Source: Candidatus Poribacteria bacterium (lineage in GTDB: Bacteria; Poribacteria; WGA-4E; WGA-3G). From it: 64,000 nt of DNA. Positions 57,181 to 64,000 of this stretch are shown piece after piece. The position numbers were made by a program, and so were the translations under genes. Positions within the stretch are counted from its first letter, which is position 1, and each line of letters begins with the position of its first letter. Under the pieces are notes generated by a model that saw nothing but the letters and a program-made list of their open reading frames with translations, was not told where the DNA came from and made no database searches. The DNA lies in the NCBI GenBank assembly GCA_028824685.1, contig JAPPCZ010000055.1, positions 4,673 through 68,672 of the forward strand, in the 5' to 3' direction.

Positions 57181-60170
57181 TGAACAAATTAATTTCTGTT
57201 GTAGTTGCAATCCTTATGTTTTCTTCTTGTGGAAATCCAGAGAAACCAGCTACTGAAAAATCAACTACAATAGTAGAACGCGATTTCACTATCAACACTG
57301 CTACAGAGATTGGACATGAATTTGGTGAAGGGGAATTACGTGTATCAAAATTAAAGAATCTATTGGCATTAGACTCCTTGAGTTTTTCGCAGACAAAAAT
57401 GATTCCCGATGCTATGCGTGTCCTGTTTGTAAATGTCGCTGCCCGATACGACGGAAAAATGTTCCAATTTCCACTCACTGTGGGAAAAACTTGGAAATAT
57501 AGATGGGATGGAGAAACACAAATAACCATTGAAAACCCTGAAGATATTGAAATTGCTGCTGGGACTTTCCCGAATTGTCTCAAGCATAAATCTGTATTGA
57601 TAGGTGCAGATAACGGAACAGAATTGGAACACGCTCTTATTAACGGCACACGCTATCTTTGGTTTGCCAAGGGAGTCGGATTAGTGAAAATGCGGTATGA
57701 ACATTCAAACGGGATCATTACTGAAGCTGAATTGATTGAACATAATTTAGCCAAACAAAGTAAAGACTACTTCCCCGTCAGTTTAGGCTCGACTTGGACT
57801 TACAAGTGGAAGAATAACTATTACAACGAGGTATTTTTTGAAAATGTAACAGTTGGCGAAAATCGCAGCAAAGCTAATCTCTATAAAGGAAAACATGAAC
57901 TCAAAGTGATAGTTTCATCTGAAAATGGTGAAATGTTGGGGCAAAGAGATTTTTATGTCGATAAAACAAAAAGGCATTTAGGATTGCGGCAGTCAAGTTC
58001 AAGACAGGGAATAAAATCGAGTCAAACAGTTCCGAATACAACCAGTTTATTCTTTGGCATGATTGGCTATTTCTATGGTGTTGAAATCTTCAAGTTTCCT
58101 ATAACAGTTGGAAAATCATGGACATACCAAGGGCCAATTGGTTCAGAGGCACATGTAACTGTAGAACCGTATGAACAGGTTGAGTTATCAACAGGCACTT
58201 ACCAGAAATGCCTAAAACATAAAACTGTCTTTAAGGGTGAATCCTCTGACACTGATACTGATACCGATTTAGTTAATGGCACCCGCTATTTATGGTTTGC
58301 AAAAGGGGTAGGTTTGGTAAAGATGCGATATGAACATTCAAACGGAACTGTCACCGAAGCTGAATTGATTGAATACAGTGTGCAGGGAAAAAGCGAAGAA
58401 TACTTACCACTGAATCTCGATACTACTTGGACCTATAAATGGCAAAATGACTATTTCAAACCGATAATAGAAAAAATAAAAGTGGTTGAAGCTGGAAGCG
58501 GTCATGAAACACCTTTTCAAAAAGCACAATATACAGTAATTATTTCTGACGACCAACCTGGAGAAGCACAGGTTGTTTGCAAGTTGACACCAAAAAAATT
58601 GAGTGGAAAGAAAATTCGGTTACGCACCGATGGTCGTGGATATTATATTCCAAGTCATACTGTAAAGATAAAGGATTCCTCCAATAGAATCCCGAATCGT
58701 CGGTCAGGCAATTGGGAGTACGAATTTCGTAAACCATACAAATCTCCTCTAACACTAACCTACAATGTATCCCTAAAACATGATGAAGAAACAAGGGGAT
58801 ATTTGGAATCACGCGAAGGATCAAAGTCTGAACGTGATACTGCAACATTTCCTTATCTTAGACCAGACTGCACGTTTTGGACAGGTTATCACTTATTTAT
58901 AATTGGTGGGACAAATCCTGATATTGAAGTGGAATTTGACCTCCCGAAAGGGTGGCGTGTTTCAACGCCTTGGAAACGTCTTGGTAAAACGCGAAATAAG
59001 TTTTCTGTCAAAAACCAGAGAGAGTTAACGGACTCTGCGATTCTGATTGGTCAGCATGCTGAAGGCGTAGCAAAATTGGGTAAGACTGAGGTGATGCTTG
59101 CTGTTGGTGGTAACTTGAAAACATCAATAGATAAGATGCAGAATACCACATCAAATTTTTTAAACAAATATGCAGAAATGTTTAATGGCGGTCCGACTCA
59201 GCCAGTTCTGTTTATCATTAATCCTTTTGAAGATTTACGAATGGATCGACTTAAAGGTCGTGCCATAGGATATAGTGTCAGTATTCTGATGAACAGCAAT
59301 TTAGATGAAGAAACTAAACACCTGTGGGGTCCATTCTTAGGACATGAGGTATTTCATATCTGGAACGGTATTACAGCATTAAAGCAATTTAGCCTGAAGG
59401 AACATTGGTTTCTTGAAGGTATCACCAGTTATTACACAGAAATTGCATCGGTTGACATGGGGTACATTACAGAGCAAGAATTTTTTGAGCGGTTAGAACG
59501 GACATGTGAATCATATTTGTCTTCCTCTTCCGATGCAACTATCGGAGGAAGTTCAAAAACATCCGCGCTGGGTTATAATGGAGGAAGTGTAACTGCTATA
59601 TCCCTGGACCTACAAATTCGTCATCTTACGGAGAATAGGAAACATTTAGATCACGTCATGCAGCAACTTTATCAAAAATTTGGTAACATTCAGAAAAAAT
59701 ACACACAGCGTGATGTCATTGATGCTGTCAATAAGGTGTCCAAAGAAAATTTTGAACCGTTCTTCAAAACCTATGTCACAGGAAAAGAGCGTTTCCCACT
59801 CTCTGAATATTTCAACTATGCAGGTTTAGATGTACAGATAGAATACAGCGAGGAATTACCTACAACCGATTATATAATTGATGTGCTTAAAACAAGTTTA
59901 CAGAAAGAAAAGTGGCGTTTGATCTCTGTAAACGGTGTAAAAGTTAATGCATTTGCTGACCTTCGCGAAAGTGCGAAAAGCTGGAAATCTGGGGACGCAC
60001 TAACGGTAACAATCGAAGAAAATGATGAAACACTCACTCTACCCGTCACACTAAGTGGAATTTTCGATAATCCACCAACGACAAGAGATGTAAGTGTCCG
60101 TATCACTAAAAAGGCAGAAACAAATCGGTTACAACGCGCTATTTTAGCAGGCATTTTAGGAAACAATTAA
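57181..60170 (+). CDS. Lipoprotein metallopeptidase, M61 (glycyl aminopeptidase)-like HExxH domain plus C-terminal PDZ, with an internally duplicated N-terminal region
   Basis: Lipobox ILMFSSCG (start at MNKLISV; the track ORF begins at 57138). Two homologous about 220-aa N-terminal modules (GTFPNCLKHKSVL...NGTRYLWFAKGVGLVKMRYEHSNGIITEAELIEHN / GTYQKCLKHKTVF...NGTRYLWFAKGVGLVKMRYEHSNGTVTEAELIEYS). Zinc site GHEVFHIWNG. C-terminal PDZ-like WRLISVNGVKVNAFADLRESAKSWKSGDALTVTIE. Confidence 0.6.
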
Positions 60171-60739
60171 CTTATGATAAGGAGGCAACAATGTTTAACA
60201 AACCGAAACGAAACTTGATATTTGTGATTGCATTTGGATTGCTGGCATTGACAGCAACCGTTACCCTAACCCAAGAATCATGGTTCCCTCTGAGTGGGGA
60301 GCAGATGACCGGCGCGGTGCAGCAAACCGATTAACATCGCAAAAAGTGCGACAAGCCGCTACACCAGTTATTCATCGTCAAACACGGCATCTACAATCTT
60401 GAAAATATGATCACTGAAGAGTTAGCGAAAGTGCACGAATTTGCTTTCAGTTTTGCTCCGCTTCGTCTGAAAGGTGCAACAGGTTCTCCCAGCAATCCGA
60501 TCGCCATTCGATAACCTTCCACAGGACAGCTTTGCTGCTGTCCCACAATCCCTCCATTTTCTTTCCACATCTGCACAAAATTGTACATATTATTTCCCGT
60601 TTGCCCCTTTTCGTGCAATTCAAACGTTGAAACACTGCCCTTATCAGCATCTTTATGTATCTGACATTGGCACGTAAATTGCTATCTATCTGACATAATG
60701 ACGCAAATTGTTACTTCCAAACTAAGAAGGAACTTGACA

Positions 60740-61192
60740 ATGAACATTTTTAAATTCCTCCCCTATTTTGCTTTTACCATAAGCATTTTAATGGTTGCCT
60801 GTTCAACACCGACGTTTTTGATGAATGAACAGAAGGCAAGCCCTTTATCAACAGATGAAAAAGTTCAACAAACCGTAAAAACGTTGAATGCTAAACCCAT
60901 TTCAACAGTAATTCAGAAGTGGGGGAGACCGCATGGTCTCAGTGACGATGATGCAGGATCACGTGTCTACATCTGGCAGATACCTGCCCGAGAATTCCTT
61001 TCCACACACGATAGTGGCAATTTCTCCCGACATACAAAAGTCGTGACCAAAACTACAGAGAAACTATTGCCAACAGATGAAATTTACGAACTTATTTTTT
61101 ATACGCAACCAGATGGTGTAATATACAAAATAAACACAAAAAAGGATATCGTATCAGCGATTTCTTTTGACCATAATCACACATTAAAATAA
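60740..61192 (+). CDS. Hypothetical small lipoprotein
   Basis: MNIFKFLPYFAFTISILMVACS lipobox-like signal (start at the internal Met of track ORF 60698). No family recognised. Confidence 0.35.
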   Translation: MNIFKFLPYFAFTISILMVACSTPTFLMNEQKASPLSTDEKVQQTVKTLNAKPISTVIQKWGRPHGLSDDDAGSRVYIWQIPAREFLSTHDSGNFSRHTKVVTKTTEKLLPTDEIYELIFYTQPDGVIYKINTKKDIVSAISFDHNHTLK

Positions 61193-61193
61193 C

Positions 61194-62054
61194 ATGACGA
61201 ACTTACCCACAATATCCATTGCATCACATCGCATCACACGCCTTATAATCGGTGGTAATCCGTATAGCGGCATCTCGCATCAATCGCCTGCTGCATCCAA
61301 AACGATGGAGGATTACTATACGACACACCAAATTATGGCGGACCTCGCACAAGCAGAGCAGAACGGAATTAACACCGTGCTTGCCCGTGCAGACAAACAC
61401 ATCATGCGAACGCTCAACGAATATTGGAACGCAGGCGGCACAATCCAGTGGATTGCCCAAACGCCAAAGTCGACAGAATATGGCAATCTCAACGACTACC
61501 TCAAGATTATCGCACACTACAAACCAATTGCCATTTATCATCACGGTGGCACCACTGATCAGTTATATGCGGAAGGCAAACTTGATTCACTTTGCGGTAG
61601 TCTCAAACGTATCCGTGACCTCGGATGTGCAGTCGGTATCGGCACGCACGATCCACAAATCCTTAAATACTGCTACACAGAAGGATATGATGTTGACTTT
61701 TACGTTTGTGCATTATATAATCATACTCGGCATAGGGAATTATATCTGCCAGATGACCGTGACTCAGCAGTTGCTACCATTCAAGCAATACCGCTGCCTA
61801 TCATTGCCATAAAAGTCTTAGCGGCAGGTAGAAATGAACCTTATAATGCCTTTCAGTTTGCACTTGAAAACATAAAACCGATTGACGCGATGGCGGTTGG
61901 GATGTATACCCAATTTCAGCCTGACCAGATTCGTCAAAACGCGCTGACTGTCGCTAAACTTATCAGGGAATTAGAGAATGAACCGAATTGTAGAACCAGA
62001 AGTGATGGACACAGTGGAAGCCGCCGAGGCTTACGATGCGATGGAACACGGTGA
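61194..62054 (+). CDS. Hypothetical protein (286 aa), no recognised family
   Basis: ORF immediately follows the lipoprotein gene (TAA then ATG) and has coding-like composition. The 3' end overlaps the next gene by 77 nt, so the true stop or the downstream start may differ. Confidence 0.35.
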   Translation: MTNLPTISIASHRITRLIIGGNPYSGISHQSPAASKTMEDYYTTHQIMADLAQAEQNGINTVLARADKHIMRTLNEYWNAGGTIQWIAQTPKSTEYGNLNDYLKIIAHYKPIAIYHHGGTTDQLYAEGKLDSLCGSLKRIRDLGCAVGIGTHDPQILKYCYTEGYDVDFYVCALYNHTRHRELYLPDDRDSAVATIQAIPLPIIAIKVLAAGRNEPYNAFQFALENIKPIDAMAVGMYTQFQPDQIRQNALTVAKLIRELENEPNCRTRSDGHSGSRRGLRCDGTR

Positions 62055-62631
62055 GGTTGATGAGGCTTTTGTTAATCGGGTTATAGAACTCGGTGCGAAC
62101 GATGGAAATTTCCTTGATGTTGGCACAGGTCCCGCCCAAATTCCAATCCTACTTGCACAACGTTGTCCCAATATCCACATCACCGCTATTGACCTGTCTG
62201 AAGAGATGCTAAAGATAGCAAAACGCCACGTCGCAGATGCTAATCTTAACGATCAGATAACACTTGAATATGTTGATGCCAAAACCCTACCCTATCCCGA
62301 CAACACCTTTGACGGACTCATCTCTAATAGTATTGTACATCATATCCACGATTCGTTGCGTGCTTTAAAAGAGATGGGTAGAGTTGCCAAACCTGAAGGT
62401 GTGGTTTTAATTCGTGACCTCATCCGTCCTGAAACACCAGCAGATGCGCAAGCATTCGTTGGCCGTTATGCCGCAGATGATACCCCCTACCAACAAAAAC
62501 TCTATTACGATTCCTTCCTTGCCGCCTTCACACTTGCCGAAGTCAATGAGATGTTGACACAGATGGATATGCCGGGTGCGGTTGCTGTTCAAAGCACTGA
62601 TAGGCATTGGTCTATTGAGCGCAGTATATAA
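61978..62631 (+). CDS. Class I SAM-dependent methyltransferase
   Basis: N-terminal PEVMDTVEAAEAYDAM. Motif I FLDVGTGPAQIPILLAQR; ITAIDLSEEML (post-I acidic); LPYPDNTFDGLISNSIVHH (motif II/III). Confidence 0.7.
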   Translation: MNRIVEPEVMDTVEAAEAYDAMEHGEVDEAFVNRVIELGANDGNFLDVGTGPAQIPILLAQRCPNIHITAIDLSEEMLKIAKRHVADANLNDQITLEYVDAKTLPYPDNTFDGLISNSIVHHIHDSLRALKEMGRVAKPEGVVLIRDLIRPETPADAQAFVGRYAADDTPYQQKLYYDSFLAAFTLAEVNEMLTQMDMPGAVAVQSTDRHWSIERSI

Positions 62632-63007
62632 TACCACTTCTGAGTGAAAACCTCTCATTTACAAAAAACGCGTTTAATGTGAATGTCGGACGCACATTCA
62701 CCAAGCGCAATTCATTACGCCTCTTTAAATTCTCACTGCACGATGACCATGCCAATTACCTTTGGCACATATTTAAGATCAATGATTCACACATATTTTC
62801 AATTTACGATCCTACCAATTTTCAGAGTCACTCTGAAATAACCTCTACCTTAAACCTCCCATAAACCTATACCCGGACTAAGTTTTTCTCTACTTCTTGA
62901 TTTATTGCTTTTTCTCATTTACTCTAAAAACTCTAAAATTTTCTATCTCTCCTATCCATAAAATTCTAAACAATTTCTCATTTTAATTCCCACCAACCCA
63001 AAAAACA

Positions 63008-63016
63008 TGGTATAAT
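63008..63016 (+). promoter_or_regulatory. Candidate extended -10 promoter element TGgTATAAT upstream of the LamG gene
   Basis: Perfect TATAAT preceded by TG, 54 bp upstream of the start codon at 63070; the RBS aaaggagaa follows. Confidence 0.35.
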
Positions 63017-63069
63017 ATTAATGCATCCCACGATATAAACCGAAATTCACTTTACAAAGGAGAATCACA

Positions 63070-63813
63070 ATGCCAAAAGTTACTTTTGTGTTGTTACTAT
63101 GCTCACTAATTATCACGAGTCTAAGTATAGCTTATGCGGTTGAGGACGGACTTGTCGCGTACTGGCCATTTAACGAGGGTGCTGGCAAAACGGCAGTAGA
63201 TGTTACCGGCAATGGACATGACGGTAAATTTGAAGGAGCACCCAAATGGGTTGATGGAAAATTTGGCACTGCACTCGAATTTGACGGTGCAGGTGACCAT
63301 GTTGTAGTTGCCGATGACGGTGCATTAGACCTAACAGAAAATATCACACTGATGGCATGGTTTAGTCCAAACGATGTCCTAACAAGTCGCCGTTTGATGG
63401 TAAAAAACGACTCCATATTCGTCATTTTTGACTTTGGAAATAAAAACAGCATTGATTTCCTCGTAAAACCAAACAACACCCATGCCGAATCTACAACAAC
63501 AGATTGGAAAGTTGGCGAATGGTATCATTTCGCAGGGACGTTTGATGGGAAGACGATGAAGGTATACATAAACGGTAAATTAGAAGGTGAAAAAGCGAAT
63601 GATGTTCCAATAGCGCCATCCGATTTAGAATTATGGATCGGTGGTGATGATTATGGTCGTCCAACTGACTGGTTTCCCGGTAAAATCGATGAAGTTCGGC
63701 TTTATGATAAAGCTTTGAGCGAGGCACAAATTCAAAAAACTATGAATACACCGCAGGACGTGCAAGCACGTGGCAAACTTACCACAACGTGGGCAAAAAT
63801 CAAAGGTTTATAA
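63070..63813 (+). CDS. Secreted LamG/concanavalin-like domain protein with C-terminal KLTTTWAKIKGL tail
   Basis: Signal peptide MPKVTFVLLLCSLIITSLSIAYA. LVAYWPFNEGAGKTAVDVTGNGHDGKFEGAPKWVDGKFGTALEFDGAGDHVVVAD is the classic LamG_3 signature. Conserved tail. Confidence 0.65.
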   Translation: MPKVTFVLLLCSLIITSLSIAYAVEDGLVAYWPFNEGAGKTAVDVTGNGHDGKFEGAPKWVDGKFGTALEFDGAGDHVVVADDGALDLTENITLMAWFSPNDVLTSRRLMVKNDSIFVIFDFGNKNSIDFLVKPNNTHAESTTTDWKVGEWYHFAGTFDGKTMKVYINGKLEGEKANDVPIAPSDLELWIGGDDYGRPTDWFPGKIDEVRLYDKALSEAQIQKTMNTPQDVQARGKLTTTWAKIKGL

Positions 63814-63822
63814 GGAATTTGT

Positions 63823-64000
63823 ATGACAAGCCAGCAAAAACGCCCTGTCGTTCTCATCATTCGAGATGGATGGGGCAATAATCCGTATCCTGAATTTCAG
63901 GATGTCAACGCTGTTCATCTGGCAAAAACACCTGTAGATGATTGGTTGCGGCAAAACTATCCGCATGTCCAAATTCACACCTCTGGCGAGGATGTCGGTT
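63823..64000 (+). CDS. gpmI: 2,3-bisphosphoglycerate-independent phosphoglycerate mutase, N-terminal fragment (runs off the window)
   Basis: MTSQQKRPVVLIIRDGWGNNPY...VNAVHLAKTPVDDWL matches the iPGM N-terminal metal-binding region (xPVxLIIxDGWG). Confidence 0.65.
   Translation, partial: MTSQQKRPVVLIIRDGWGNNPYPEFQDVNAVHLAKTPVDDWLRQNYPHVQIHTSGEDVG

Noticed and set aside
61978-62054. 77-nt overlap between the hypothetical ORF 61194-62054 and the methyltransferase gene as evidence of a gene fusion or frameshift
   Set aside because: The two ORFs are in different frames with no homopolymer at the junction. Alternative downstream Met codons exist for the methyltransferase (MDTVEAAEAYDAM), so a simple start-site ambiguity is the more economical explanation.
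1-64000. rRNA or tRNA genes
   Set aside because: No stretches resembling conserved tRNA T-arm/acceptor features (GGTTCGAATCC-like) or rRNA conserved blocks were seen by eye; coding density otherwise accounts for the sequence.

Overview
This 64 kb window comes from an uncultivated bacterial genome of roughly 43-45% GC. It is dense with secreted and surface proteins: LamG/concanavalin-like lectin domains, WD40/PD40 beta-propellers, one T9SS-type C-terminal sorting domain, and lipoproteins. Housekeeping genes are interspersed: thrS, a NifS/IscS cysteine desulfurase, uvrC, trmB, coaD, a gpmI fragment, and a TonB-dependent receptor. Three toxin-antitoxin-like modules (DUF433-DUF5615, HicAB, orphan BrnA) and a GmrSD-like DUF262/DUF1524 nuclease sit beside sugar-type oxidoreductase and dioxygenase genes (Gfo/Idh/MocA x2, PhyH x2, MDR dehydrogenase). 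One complete IS5-family (IS427-like) insertion sequence is present, with perfect 22-bp inverted repeats and an A-tract frameshift. Two families of short palindromic MITE/REP-like dispersed repeats occupy intergenic regions. Three signals stand out. First, six unrelated secreted proteins (three LamG, three beta-propeller) all end in a conserved tail K-L-[TA]-T-x-W-[GA]-x-[ILM]-K, which looks like an undescribed modular C-terminal sorting or processing tag. Second, six paralogous genes for N-terminally membrane-anchored WD40 proteins form a head-to-tail array with ATG-stop overlaps; the last two carry an extra about 270-aa C-terminal domain and the last copy is frameshifted in an A9 tract. Third, a BrnA / GmrSD-like / large metallohydrolase-motif protein islet has a MITE sitting where the BrnT toxin gene would be expected. 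No rRNA, tRNA or CRISPR array was recognised.
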